From: an uncultured Methanosarcinales archaeon
GTDB lineage: Archaea > Nanobdellota > Nanobdellia > Woesearchaeales > JAGLXL01
Assembly (NCBI GenBank): GCA_964384425.1
Contig: CAYLKE010000006.1
Span: 15,174-79,173 of the forward strand
DNA length: 64,000 bases
Direction of reading: 5' to 3'
Position 1 is the first letter of the stretch, and each line of letters starts with the position of its first letter. The position numbers and the translations under genes are program-made. The notes below the pieces were generated by a model. That model was not told the origin of the DNA, did not search any database, and was given only the letters and a program-made list of their open reading frames with translations. Positions 10,601-19,409 of this stretch are shown here, one piece after another.

Positions 10601-11186
10601 TATCTGCTTCTTTTAGTTTATCATGGACTTTATTTAGTTCATTTGTAGCTTTTCTTTTCTTTTCTTCATACACTCCAATATCAGAAAGCCCTTCAACTAA
10701 TAATCTTCTTTCTGTTGTTGACATTTCTGTAAATTTAGCAACATCTCCTTGAGATACAATATTAAATCCATCAGGATTTATTTTTGCCATATCAAGAAGT
10801 TCAAGAATCTGTGTACGAGTGGAGGTTTTTCCATTTATTTTGTATTTACTCTGTCCTTTTCTATTTAATATTCTACCTATTATAATTTCATCTCCTTCAA
10901 CTGGAAAAATCTTACTAGTATTATCAAAATGAATATTAACTTCAGCTTTTGATGCTGGTTTTCCTTTTTTACCTCCATCAAATATAAGGTGGGAGGTTTT
11001 TTCAGCCCTAAGACTTTTTGAACCTAATTTTCCAAGAACAAAACAAATTGCATCAGGAACATTACTTTTACCACTCCCATTAGGACCTACAACACAATTA
11101 AATCTTTCATTTAGAACAACTTCTGTTTTGTCTGCAAAACTTTTAAATCCTCTCATAGAAAGCTTATTTATTTTTGTTCCTGCCAT
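7683..11186 (-). CDS. smc: SMC chromosome segregation ATPase
   Basis: Walker A GPNGSGKSN at the N-terminus, two long coiled-coil arms, a central hinge, and C-terminal signature LSGGEKSLTALAFIFS plus Walker B FYILDEVDAALD. 1167 aa. Confidence 0.95.
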   Translation of the reverse strand: MAGTKINKLSMRGFKSFADKTEVVLNERFNCVVGPNGSGKSNVPDAICFVLGKLGSKSLRAEKTSHLIFDGGKKGKPASKAEVNIHFDNTSKIFPVEGDEIIIGRILNRKGQSKYKINGKTSTRTQILELLDMAKINPDGFNIVSQGDVAKFTEMSTTERRLLVEGLSDIGVYEEKKRKATNELNKVHDKLKEADIVIGERKQHLKELKSDRDYALRYKEIKDKIGSYKATYLDKLIKEARSTNEKLEKNISDLEEKGEKNKTKVGKYEKDIEEKEERVSLLNKEIEEKGEKEQIELNQQISDLRVDIANSNSRLNTVKDEISKIEQRKEQLLKDFEGIKEKIKQLDEAKIEFENEINEKTQSEKQITEKIEKFNKKNKIADAGNIDEELKNIDEEIENQNDNIHKLRNEQQELFREKDKIDFNINSLKEAINKVNEIKKQHSAQLDEISSMQKRLKATTEELNRVLDNDGDFSRKIKSLRDELNEKEKDRNIIDAKSSAAMEMFSKDMALKRILELKKSNKDIHGTIFQLGKTKERYSLALETCAGAKIKSVVVENDRVASELIKYLKKNKLGVVTFLPLNKVKGAREDTSIRNTCKKEGVHGKAIDLINFNHRYKNAFSNVFGNTLVVDDVDTARNVGIGRHRMITLTGDLMDTSGAMRGGHIHRNRKVRLLKEDYSKELSQIESDIANITSQLSKLIRDREDNEKKINDLRINKHELEGEIIKKEKSLHLDKGELELSMSKKQDLQKQATFVENKIEKTRDELRKINMNIANLKTKKNQLRDEVSELRNPRLIAEITSLREARENISRRLIALKKDKENIDMQISTIHKPEMNKIEKIIKSQEKDYELFKKELKEIHSRLKGLENNLENKEKASKKFHSQYKGLFEKRNKLQDEIKARNNLINDIKEKNRKIEIEGNKYSLKRAEIKARLNGLESEFEQYKEHKIMKNKNVDELKRDVNKFEAVLSNMDAVNLKALEIYEQVENEYNLFLDKKKVLEKEKIDVEKLMAELEERKKEKFFVKFNELNEQFGKFFSLLNNKKERKAIIKVENEKNPFEGGVEIKVKKKNGYVDIKSLSGGEKSLTALAFIFSIQEHEPHPFYILDEVDAALDKRNSEILAKMIKEYSDRAQYLVVTHNDAVLSLSDTIFGVSVTGEEKSKVVSLKL

Positions 11187-11300
11187 TGTCTTTTAATATA
11201 GTATATTATTTATAAATATTACTAATTATTTGATAGTAATATTTATTGCTAAAAAGTTGTTATTGTATTGTTTTTAAATTATATTTTTTAGGAAATAAAA

Positions 11301-11861
11301 TTAACATATTCCAAGAATATTATACATAATACTTTCACCATACATTAATCTTTCTTTTTCATCATCTGAATGTATTTTAATACAATTTGCTTGTTGTACA
11401 AAAGAATTATTTCCTTTTTCAAACACAACAAAAGGAATATCTGTTGTTGCATTATCACAAGTTAATATTGGAAATTCTAAAAGATTGCTATTTTTTGTAA
11501 TGCCTGTACCTAAATAGAAATCTTCCATATTATCTATCCTAAATCTAATTAAGCTTATTGCTTCTGATTTAATATCTGGATTAAACACTAAAACACCCAT
11601 TGGTTTTTCTTTAAACATAGATGTTTTTTTACAATAGTCTTCTAATTCTGTAGGAAAAAAGTAAAATGCATATTCCTCTCCATCAACTTCTGTAATCCAT
11701 TTATTATCTATTGTCATAAATTCAAATCTATTATATTTCTCAACTTTTGTATTTGAAACATTATCTCCAATAAACATCCCTATTGCACTACCTACCATTA
11801 AAAACACAACTATTAAAACTGAATATTTGCTTAATATCTTACCTATTCCTTTTTTTGCCAT
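11301..11861 (-). CDS. hypothetical membrane-anchored extracytoplasmic protein (paralogue of 30210..31082)
   Basis: One N-terminal TM helix. The C-terminal block ..PILTCDNATTDIPFVVFEKG..ANCIKIHSDDEKERL.. parallels ..PIFNCSNNKENHIISFETT..GNCIHLRGREKEII.. in the other ORF. Confidence 0.6.
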   Translation of the reverse strand: MAKKGIGKILSKYSVLIVVFLMVGSAIGMFIGDNVSNTKVEKYNRFEFMTIDNKWITEVDGEEYAFYFFPTELEDYCKKTSMFKEKPMGVLVFNPDIKSEAISLIRFRIDNMEDFYLGTGITKNSNLLEFPILTCDNATTDIPFVVFEKGNNSFVQQANCIKIHSDDEKERLMYGESIMYNILGIC

Positions 11862-11908
11862 CTTTTTAATAATTATTTCATTTAATTTATATAATTTATG
11901 TTTTGGAT

Positions 11909-12769
11909 TTATTTATTATTTTTTACTTTTGGCATATTATTTTTTCTTTTAAAATAAGTTATTATAAAGAAAAGACAGAACCCACTCATTGCAAAACTTC
12001 CAACAAGTATTGGTCCATAAAGTTTCATCACAATACCTATAAATGAAAAACAAACCATCATCAAGAAGTAAGGAATAAATGGAGCAAATTCATATATTGT
12101 TTCTTTATCAACAAATGGTTTTTCTAAAAACATCTTAAATATGAATATTGATAGTGTTGATAAAAAAATCCATCCAATAAAATTAACTGCAGGAACTCCT
12201 GCAGATATATTTGGAAAATAATTGCCTCCTCCTTTCCATACCCACCATCCCATCTTTACAGCAATAGGATCTAAAATAAGATCTATTGAAGTTGTTGCGA
12301 GGCCTGTAAGAAGAGCTATTGATAGTGAAAATGCAAATTTTTTTATCCAAGAAAAATGTTTTTTTATTCTTGCATTGACAATATTTGTTACAAGTATATA
12401 AGAAATATATACATATGTATCCCATACAAAAATAACAATTAATGGAATACCAAACAATTTTAACCCTAACATATCTGAATAAAAATAAGATCCAAAAATC
12501 CATCCATAATTAACTCCAATAAATTCTCCAAGATAAGTTATTCCCATAACAATTATTTTAAGAGATAATATGTTTCTTAATCCCATTACTGAATAACCAT
12601 GAAAAAGAGAGAATACAAAATAACCCATAACTACAATCACAATAAAAGCTAAAGGTAAGGTCTTATTGCTTTTTTGATATAAAATAAATAGAAATATAGC
12701 TGAAACTACTGCAAGAACCAAAACAAAGAAAAAACTCTTTTTTTCTATATTACTATCTCCTCTTATCAT
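11909..12769 (-). CDS. polytopic membrane protein, DUF422 / carotenoid-biosynthesis-associated membrane protein-like
   Basis: ..GEFIGVNYGWIFGSYFYSDMLGLKLFGIPLIVIFVW.. and ..DLILDPIAVKMGWWVWKGGGNYFPNISAGVPAVNFIGW.. resemble the two conserved blocks of that family. Confidence 0.5.
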   Translation of the reverse strand: MIRGDSNIEKKSFFFVLVLAVVSAIFLFILYQKSNKTLPLAFIVIVVMGYFVFSLFHGYSVMGLRNILSLKIIVMGITYLGEFIGVNYGWIFGSYFYSDMLGLKLFGIPLIVIFVWDTYVYISYILVTNIVNARIKKHFSWIKKFAFSLSIALLTGLATTSIDLILDPIAVKMGWWVWKGGGNYFPNISAGVPAVNFIGWIFLSTLSIFIFKMFLEKPFVDKETIYEFAPFIPYFLMMVCFSFIGIVMKLYGPILVGSFAMSGFCLFFIITYFKRKNNMPKVKNNK

Positions 12770-12823
12770 TATCTATGCTAAAAAGTAAAAAGTTTAAATA
12801 TGTTTCTTATATTTTATTAATTA

Positions 12824-13174
12824 ATGGCAGTTATAAAACCAACATTAAAAGAAAATAAGAGGTATTTGCTTTATGAAGTTGAATCTGAGGATATTAATAA
12901 TATTAATCATAAAAAGATATATAATCTCATAAAAGAGACATTTCAACATTATTTTGGATTTATAGAGCTTGAAAAAGCAGGACTTATGCCTGTTGCAAAC
13001 ATATCTCAAGGAAAATATGGTGTTTTAAGAATAGAAAGAAGTTATGCAGATAAGTTAAGAACATGTTTTGTTTTTATAAAAAAAACAGGTGATAAGAAAA
13101 TATCAATAAAATCTTTGTTGCTTTCAGGTGTCCTAAATAAGATAAAAGAAAAAATAAAGGAGAAAAATGACTAA
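12824..13174 (+). CDS. rnp2: RNase P protein component 2 (Pop5/Rpp14 homologue)
   Basis: N-terminus MAVIKPTLKENKRYLLYEVES matches the KPxLRExxRYxxFE signature of archaeal Pop5. Size is 116 aa. It overlaps the cca start by 8 nt. Confidence 0.7.
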   Translation: MAVIKPTLKENKRYLLYEVESEDINNINHKKIYNLIKETFQHYFGFIELEKAGLMPVANISQGKYGVLRIERSYADKLRTCFVFIKKTGDKKISIKSLLLSGVLNKIKEKIKEKND

Positions 13175-14438
13175 TGTTAATCAAGTTTTAAGCAAAGTTT
13201 TGAAAAAGATAAAACCTTCAAAAGAAGAACAAGAACTTATAGATTCTCTTAAAGAAGGGTTAGAAAATTTAAGAATACCTGGTGCAAAAGTTTTTGTTGG
13301 TGGAAGCGTGGGTAAAGGCACATGGCTGAAAGATAATCACGATATAGATGTTTTTGTAAGATTTAATTACAGAAAATACAATAAAAAAAATATCTCAAAA
13401 GAACTTGAAAATTTTCTTAAAAAATATAGAATAAAATATGATAAATTATATGGAAGCAGATATTACTTTAGGGTTCAACTAAAAAATATATTTAAAAGAA
13501 AATTACCTAAAGATTATGTTTGTGAGTTTGTTCCAATAATTGAGATAAAAAAACCTTCTCAAGCACTTAATCTTACTGATATAAGTCCTTTTCATACTGA
13601 ATGGGTAAATAAATTACCTAAAAAATTATTAGATGAAATAAGATTAGCTAAGCATTTCTTTAAAGCAAATAGATTGTATGGTGCAGAAAGCTATATTAGG
13701 GGTTTTAGTGGGTATGTATTGGAGATACTTGTTGCACAGTATAAAGGTTTTGTCAATCTATTGGAAGCATGTCAAAAATGGAAAAATAAAGATGTTATTG
13801 ATATAAGTAAATATTATTCATCTGCTGAAAAAGCATATGAAAATCTTAATCCATCTAAAAGAACTTCTCCAATAATTGTGATAGATCCTGTTGATAAAAA
13901 AAGAAATGCTTCTGCAGCATTAGTTAAAGAAAAAGTAAAAAAATTACAGGACATTGCTAAAAGATTTTTAGAAAAACCTTCTGATAAATTTTTCAAAAAA
14001 ACAAAAACTAGTTTTGATAAATTAAAAGGAAATATTTTGTGGATAGAAGCTAAAGTTCTTAATAAAAAAGAAGATGTTGCTGGAGCTAAGCTTGTTAAGT
14101 TTATTAGATTATTAAAAAAAGAATTTAAACTATTTGGTGTAAAAGAGAATGGTTGGCAATGGGATAAAAAAAATGCACAGATTTGGCTTATTTTAGATAA
14201 GAAAAAAATCTCTTCTGAATTTGAAATGGAAGGTCCTTTAAAAGATGATAAGGAAAATGTAAAAAGATTCTGTGAAAAACATGAAAACTATTGTATAAAA
14301 AAAGATAGATATTATACAACTAAAAAAAGACCTCATATAACAATAAAACAAGTTTATGATAATTTCATAGAAAACACAGATATAAAGCAATATATTAATT
14401 CTATAGAAAAAGTCGATGTAAAGACTGAGAAAAAATAA
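13167..14438 (+). CDS. cca: CCA-adding enzyme (archaeal class I tRNA nucleotidyltransferase)
   Basis: GGSVGKGTWLKDNHDIDVFV nucleotidyltransferase motif and ..YGAESYIRGFSGYVLEILV.. block. 423 aa, the typical archaeal size. Confidence 0.9.
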   Translation: MTNVNQVLSKVLKKIKPSKEEQELIDSLKEGLENLRIPGAKVFVGGSVGKGTWLKDNHDIDVFVRFNYRKYNKKNISKELENFLKKYRIKYDKLYGSRYYFRVQLKNIFKRKLPKDYVCEFVPIIEIKKPSQALNLTDISPFHTEWVNKLPKKLLDEIRLAKHFFKANRLYGAESYIRGFSGYVLEILVAQYKGFVNLLEACQKWKNKDVIDISKYYSSAEKAYENLNPSKRTSPIIVIDPVDKKRNASAALVKEKVKKLQDIAKRFLEKPSDKFFKKTKTSFDKLKGNILWIEAKVLNKKEDVAGAKLVKFIRLLKKEFKLFGVKENGWQWDKKNAQIWLILDKKKISSEFEMEGPLKDDKENVKRFCEKHENYCIKKDRYYTTKKRPHITIKQVYDNFIENTDIKQYINSIEKVDVKTEKK

Positions 14439-14502
14439 TTTATTTTTTTAATTAATATTTAGATATTTAAAATTAAAATTTTAAAAAAAGAAAAAATAGT
14501 TC

Positions 14503-16623
14503 TTATAATAAGAACTTAAATACTACAACGATTGCTCCGATAACCAATATTGCGTTTACACCAATTAACAATCCTATTTTCAAATTTTCTGAATCAAATA
14601 TACTTGATTCATCTTCAAATTCAGATTCATCTATAGGTGTTATATCACTTGTATCTTCAGTATCATCTTCACTTTCTGTTTCAGTGTCGTCTCCTGTAAT
14701 AACTTCAACTTCTTCACTATCTTCTTCTGTTTCACATTTTTTAACTTCAAGTGTAAGATCTTTTCTGTCGGTTTCACTTCCATCTTCATCAAAAGTTCTG
14801 ATTGTTATTGTGTAATCATCTTCTTCAACATCTGTTGCATCTATTGGCAATCTGAAAGTTCTCATATTGTCATCATCATCATAATCACTTGGCATATCTA
14901 GGTTTAATTTTTCCCAATCTATATTTAATTCATCACTATCAACTGAAATTGAAGCTTCGTCTTGGTCATTTGAACCTGTATTTGCTATCTGTATTATAAG
15001 ATCTGTTTCTCTGTCACAGTCTACTGTTGTATCGTCAAGTTCTGCTTTTAATATTGTTATTGCATCTTCTTCTAATTCAACAGAAATACTAAACTCATAA
15101 TCAAATTCATGTGTAATTCCACTGTCTTTTTCATCTGCTTCTGCATGAATAATAACTTTGTATGTTCCGTCTTCTATTTTTCTTGGAATATCTGCTTCAA
15201 ACTTGACTCTTTCTTCGTCACCTGCGTCAAGATCACCAATATCTTCTTCAAATTCCATATCTCCACCATCATCAATACCTTCTATTGTAACTTCTAGATT
15301 GGTATATTCGAAATCAATATCGTCTGAACTTGAGAATTTGTTTTTTACTTCGAATTCCATTTCAATGTCTTCTCCGTAATCAACATCATCTGCAGTTTGT
15401 GTGTCTCCTTCATTATCTGGTTCTACATTATCTCCTGCAAATTTGAATTTTGTTATTTCAACTTCAAGATTGGTTTCAACTTGTACATATACATCTTTTG
15501 TAACAATTGTGTCTCCACCATTGTCATTTGAGTATTTTATATCTAATGTACCTATTTTTGTTTTTCCACTTGAGAAATCTTGTGCAATATCATATGTAAG
15601 GTCAAGATCAGTATATCCATTTGGACTTAATGTTGCAAGAGTCATTTCTGTTGAAACTTTTTGACCTTCAATTGTATAATTGCTATTTGAATTAACTGGA
15701 GTATATTTAACCCTTACACTTTCAGTATAATCTCCATTGTTTGTTATTCTGAATGCTTTAGTTGCAGTTGTTCCTCTATCTTGTGTTGAACTTCCTAACA
15801 CAATTTCTGAAGGAATACTCAATGAATGTTGTCTTGCTTGAACATTTATACTTAATGGTATTTCAAGTTCTTCATCATTATCTCCATAAGTAACAACAAT
15901 ATTTCCTGTATATGTTCCGAATTTAGCTGTGTCTGATATTGGGTCTATGTTAAATGATAATTTCACATCATCAATATCTTCTGTCCAATCAATTGAAGAT
16001 TCTCTATTTTCCCATTCAATATTACTTACATCCAGTTCTTCGCTTCCTTTTTCAAGATCATCTAATTCATATTTTATCCCACTTAAGTCTGAATTTCCAT
16101 CATTATCAAGATCAAATTCGAAACTAACTGATGTCCCTTCTTTAGCTGATATTGAATCTATTGTTGATGCTGTTAATATTTCTTTTTTAGCTAAATTAAG
16201 TATAACAGAAATTTCTTCAAATTGACTTGTGTTATCTTTATTGTATATTTTAAAACTTCCAGTATATGTTCCTGTTTTGTAGTCATTATATGTGTCTAGA
16301 TTATTTCCACTTATATCTAAATCATCTGATGAATCATTCATAACTTTTGATGGGCCGTCAATTGTTAATTCAACTTTGTCTGCTTCTCCATCTGATATAT
16401 GTTCTAATTCTAATTCATCATATGTTAAATTTATGTCTGTATTTGTTGCACCTGTATTTGTTATGTTTAATTCTTTATCTATATTATCTGTTGTTTCAAC
16501 ACTTATTGTGAAACTTGTTTCATTAACTGTTATTCCAGGAATTCCAGGAATAGCTGCATTTACAACTCCTGCACACAAAACCATTGCTAAAACAGATAAC
16601 ATAAAAATTAATGTTTTTTTCAT
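14503..16623 (-). CDS. secreted, highly acidic cell-surface protein with a C-terminal membrane anchor (S-layer/envelope candidate)
   Basis: Sec-type signal MKKTLIFMLSVLAMVLCAGVVNA. D/E/T-rich beta-rich body. C-terminal TM IGLLIGVNAILVIGAIVVVF. GGAGGT Shine-Dalgarno upstream of the ATG. Confidence 0.7.
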   Translation of the reverse strand: MKKTLIFMLSVLAMVLCAGVVNAAIPGIPGITVNETSFTISVETTDNIDKELNITNTGATNTDINLTYDELELEHISDGEADKVELTIDGPSKVMNDSSDDLDISGNNLDTYNDYKTGTYTGSFKIYNKDNTSQFEEISVILNLAKKEILTASTIDSISAKEGTSVSFEFDLDNDGNSDLSGIKYELDDLEKGSEELDVSNIEWENRESSIDWTEDIDDVKLSFNIDPISDTAKFGTYTGNIVVTYGDNDEELEIPLSINVQARQHSLSIPSEIVLGSSTQDRGTTATKAFRITNNGDYTESVRVKYTPVNSNSNYTIEGQKVSTEMTLATLSPNGYTDLDLTYDIAQDFSSGKTKIGTLDIKYSNDNGGDTIVTKDVYVQVETNLEVEITKFKFAGDNVEPDNEGDTQTADDVDYGEDIEMEFEVKNKFSSSDDIDFEYTNLEVTIEGIDDGGDMEFEEDIGDLDAGDEERVKFEADIPRKIEDGTYKVIIHAEADEKDSGITHEFDYEFSISVELEEDAITILKAELDDTTVDCDRETDLIIQIANTGSNDQDEASISVDSDELNIDWEKLNLDMPSDYDDDDNMRTFRLPIDATDVEEDDYTITIRTFDEDGSETDRKDLTLEVKKCETEEDSEEVEVITGDDTETESEDDTEDTSDITPIDESEFEDESSIFDSENLKIGLLIGVNAILVIGAIVVVFKFLL

Positions 16624-16833
16624 TTTTGGATAACCTCCGGTTTGTTATTATAATTTTTTGTTGTTTTTTACTTATCTTATCTTGTTAGTAGTAAAACGTA
16701 GTAACTATTTAATAGAAACAAATTTTATTTATAAAGTTTTCGGCGTATTTAACCTAAATGTATCTTTATAATATATTTACTATAATATATTATAGGGTAT
16801 AATAATTAGTAATTAATGTATTTTGATTCGAAA

Positions 16834-16843
16834 TATTTAAATA
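16834..16843 (+). promoter_or_regulatory. TATA-box-like element for leaderless rps17e
   Basis: TATTTAAATA ends 24 nt upstream of the ATG at 16867 and there is no SD motif. That spacing is typical of archaeal leaderless transcripts. Confidence 0.45.
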
Positions 16844-16866
16844 CAGATGCTTTTCATCAATGTTGT

Positions 16867-17064
16867 ATGGGAAGAATAAAGACTACATTTATTAAAAGTA
16901 AAACAAAAGAACTGATGAAAAAGCATGAAGACAAGTTTAATGAGAATTTTCAAGAAAATAAATCTCAGGTTTCAAAGTACACAACAGTCTCAAGCAAAAA
17001 AATCAGGAACATAATTGCAGGATATATTACTCGGTTAAAGAGAAAAAACACAAAATTTTACTGA
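16867..17064 (+). CDS. rps17e: 30S ribosomal protein S17e
   Basis: MGRIKTTFIKSKTKELMKKHEDKF.. is the characteristic S17e N-terminus. The internal ATG was chosen; the track ORF starts 51 nt earlier. Confidence 0.85.
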   Translation: MGRIKTTFIKSKTKELMKKHEDKFNENFQENKSQVSKYTTVSSKKIRNIIAGYITRLKRKNTKFY

Positions 17065-17125
17065 TTTTTTATCCTTTGTTTTAGTAATAAAGAAATATTT
17101 AGTAGAAAAGTAAGGAGGTCCTAAA

Positions 17126-17428
17126 ATGGAAAATCAACAACAAAACCCAAAAGACGACAATATAATTTTTGTCGGAGCTAAAGCATTTATGAACTATGTA
17201 ACTGCTGTTGTAATGCAGTTCACAACAAAAAACGTACCCGAAGTTATTGTAAAAGCAAGGGGAAAATACATTTCTAAAGCTGTTGATGTTTCAGAAGTTG
17301 CAAAACATAGATTTTTAGACAACACAGTTGAAACAGGAAATGTAAATATTGGTAGTGAGGAATTTGAAAATAAAGAAGGCAAAAAAGTAAGAGTAAGTAT
17401 TATTGAAATTCCTTTAAAGAAAAAATAA
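17126..17428 (+). CDS. albA: Alba DNA/RNA-binding chromatin protein
   Basis: ..NIIFVGAKAFMNYVTAVVMQF..VIVKARGKYISKAVDVSEV.. matches the Alba fold signature. AGGAGGT SD 6 nt upstream. Confidence 0.85.
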   Translation: MENQQQNPKDDNIIFVGAKAFMNYVTAVVMQFTTKNVPEVIVKARGKYISKAVDVSEVAKHRFLDNTVETGNVNIGSEEFENKEGKKVRVSIIEIPLKKK

Positions 17429-17449
17429 TTTTATTTTTATTTTATATTT

Positions 17450-17538
17450 GCACTGGTAGTCTAATGGTTAGGATAGAGGCCTTCCACACTTTTTAGTGAA
17501 GAAAGCCTTTGATCCGGGTTCAAATCCCGGCCAGTGCA
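17450..17538 (+). tRNA. tRNA-Gly(UCC) with a 17-nt intron at the canonical 37/38 position (17487..17503)
   Basis: Hand-folded cloverleaf: acceptor GCACTGG/CCAGTGC, D arm GTCT-AATGGTTA-GGAT, anticodon stem GAGGC/GCCTT, loop CT-TCC-A[intron]A, T arm CCGGG-TTCAAAT-CCCGG. Confidence 0.85.
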
Positions 17539-17632
17539 TTTAGTGGGTTTTTATAACTTGCTTAAAAATTTCCAAAATTTTTAGTAGAATTTTTTGGTGT
17601 ATTATTAATTCAGTGGCAATTTGCAATATTAT

Positions 17633-17704
17633 GCAACGGTAGTCTAATGGTTAGGATATAACCCTGCCACGGTTGTGATCCGGGTTCAAATCCCGGCCGT
17701 TGCA
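17633..17704 (+). tRNA. tRNA-Gly(GCC), intron-less
   Basis: Acceptor GCAACGG/CCGTTGC, anticodon stem TAACC/GGTTG, loop CT-GCC-AC, T arm CCGGG-TTCAAAT-CCCGG. 72 nt. Confidence 0.9.
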
Positions 17705-17802
17705 TATTATCTTAATAGCAAGAAAGTAACTAAAATTAATTGGTGAGTTAAGCATTAACTCGCCCTAGGTCGTAAGGGCGTAGCTTTTACGTGGAAATCA
17801 CA

Positions 17803-17815
17803 GCCGTTGCATATT
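17803..17815 (+). repeat. direct repeat of the tRNA-Gly(GCC) 3' end (att-like scar)
   Basis: GCCGTTGCATATT at 17696..17708 (tRNA 3' end plus 4 nt) recurs exactly at 17803..17815. The preceding AAATC is also shared (AAATCccgGCCG vs AAATCacaGCCG). Confidence 0.6.
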
Positions 17816-17830
17816 TAATCTCTTTTCAAG

Positions 17831-18076
17831 ATGACATATAAAAAAGATGTTTTGTTTATGAATATTTTAGATAAAGTTGAAATTTCTAATTGTAAATTCT
17901 GCCCCCCTCATTATCTTCCACATAAATTGCCTTTTGGAAAGAAAATAGATGACGAACCCTGCCATTATCATAAAGCTAGATGGAGAATGATGCACCACAA
18001 ATTCTTTTGCAAATTATTGAAATGTCCTCATTATAAATATATGATTAAAAGATATAAAAAATATATTAAAAAATAA
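17831..18076 (+). CDS. hypothetical small Cys/His-rich protein (orphan)
   Basis: 81-aa ORF with CKFCPPH..CHYH..CKLLKCPH spacing suggestive of metal binding. No family recognised. Confidence 0.4.
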   Translation: MTYKKDVLFMNILDKVEISNCKFCPPHYLPHKLPFGKKIDDEPCHYHKARWRMMHHKFFCKLLKCPHYKYMIKRYKKYIKK

Positions 18077-18102
18077 TAAAACTTATAATCTCTTTTAATT
18101 AT

Positions 18103-18330
18103 TTGAAGTTTATGATTAAATATAAAAGACAATATAAAAAACCAGAAGCTAAGGATATTAATTATTCTAATTTTGTAGACATACATTCTCTTGAAATTAT
18201 GTTAGATAAACTAAATCAGAAAGATAATATGTATTTAAATAAACATTCTGAAGAAAAAAAGTATCAAAAAGAAATTCAAGAGCAAGATAAGAAATATGTT
18301 TTTGATATTGAAGGATTAGTTGATTTATGA
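18103..18330 (+). CDS. hypothetical small protein (orphan; TTG start in the track, ATG 9 nt downstream)
   Basis: 75-aa ORF only. No recognisable motif. Confidence 0.3.
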   Translation: MKFMIKYKRQYKKPEAKDINYSNFVDIHSLEIMLDKLNQKDNMYLNKHSEEKKYQKEIQEQDKKYVFDIEGLVDL

Positions 18331-18354
18331 ATAGAAATTAAAAATAAAAAATAA

Positions 18355-19284
18355 TTATTTTTTCTTGACTTTCTCAATCTTTTTCTCAAGACCTAGTTTT
18401 CTAATAAGTTCCTTGTATCTGTTTCTTATTGTTACTTCTGTAACACCTGCTACATCTGCAACCTCTCGTTGTGTTCGCTTTTCACCATTAATCAAAGCAG
18501 CTACATATAGTGCAGCAGCTGCAATTCCAGTTGGGCCTCTTCCAGATGTAAGTTCAGCATTTCTTGCCATTTCAAGTATTTCAACTGATTTTGTCTGTGT
18601 GTCTGGTCCGAGATTTAATGAAGATGCAAATCTTGCAATATAATCAACAGGATTACTTGGCATAATATTAATTTCTAGTTCTCTTGTTATGAACCTATAT
18701 GTTCTTCCAATTTCTTTTTTATCTATTCCACTTACTTCACTCATTTCTTCCAATGTTCGAGGAACTTCATGTCTCCTACATGCTGCATAAATTGCTCCTG
18801 CAACAACACTTTCCATACTTCTTCCTCTCACTAGGCCTTTTTGAACAGCCATAGTATACAAACGAGATGCTTCTTCTTCAACAGATTTTGGAAGTTTTAG
18901 ATAAGAACCTACTCTTTTTAGTTCAGCCAAAGCAACTTTTAAATTTCTTTCAATAGCTGTACTGATTCTATATTGCCATTTTCTCAATCTAAAGAATTTA
19001 TTCTTTTCTTTTTTACTAGATAACTTATAAATATCTGATTTTTGACCTATTTCTGTACCTAATCCTTGATCGAATTGTGTATAAGTCATAGGAGCTCCTG
19101 CTCTTCTCTTCTTTTGTCCATCATCTGAATCAAATTCTCTCCATTCCTGATCTGGATCAATTATTTGGTCTTCTACAACGTTTTGACAAGATCTACATAT
19201 GATTTCTCCTTTTTCATAATCATATTGAAAATCTTTGCTACCACAATATTGGCAGACTTTCTTTTTAGCTCGCATTTTTCTCAC
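18355..19284 (-). CDS. tfb: transcription initiation factor IIB (TFB)
   Basis: N-terminal Zn ribbon CQYCGS..CRSCQ, B-finger region, two cyclin-like repeats, and C-terminal HTH ..TQREVADVAGVTEVTIRNRYKEL.. Confidence 0.95.
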   Translation of the reverse strand: MRKMRAKKKVCQYCGSKDFQYDYEKGEIICRSCQNVVEDQIIDPDQEWREFDSDDGQKKRRAGAPMTYTQFDQGLGTEIGQKSDIYKLSSKKEKNKFFRLRKWQYRISTAIERNLKVALAELKRVGSYLKLPKSVEEEASRLYTMAVQKGLVRGRSMESVVAGAIYAACRRHEVPRTLEEMSEVSGIDKKEIGRTYRFITRELEINIMPSNPVDYIARFASSLNLGPDTQTKSVEILEMARNAELTSGRGPTGIAAAALYVAALINGEKRTQREVADVAGVTEVTIRNRYKELIRKLGLEKKIEKVKKK

Positions 19285-19409
19285 CTTCTAGGTAATAGTT
19301 AATTTTATATATTGATAATAGTTTTTATTTATAAATCTTTCTATTTTTTTATAAGTGTTTCGCAATCTTTTTAAAGAAAAAAGACTTTTTACTTAAAAAG
19401 GTGTTATAA

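Noticed and set aside
12183-12503. 106-aa minus-strand ORF nested in 11909..12769.
   Set aside because: It is an out-of-frame overlap within a coherent polytopic membrane-protein ORF. Its composition (C/Y/R-rich) is unlike genuine proteins of this genome.
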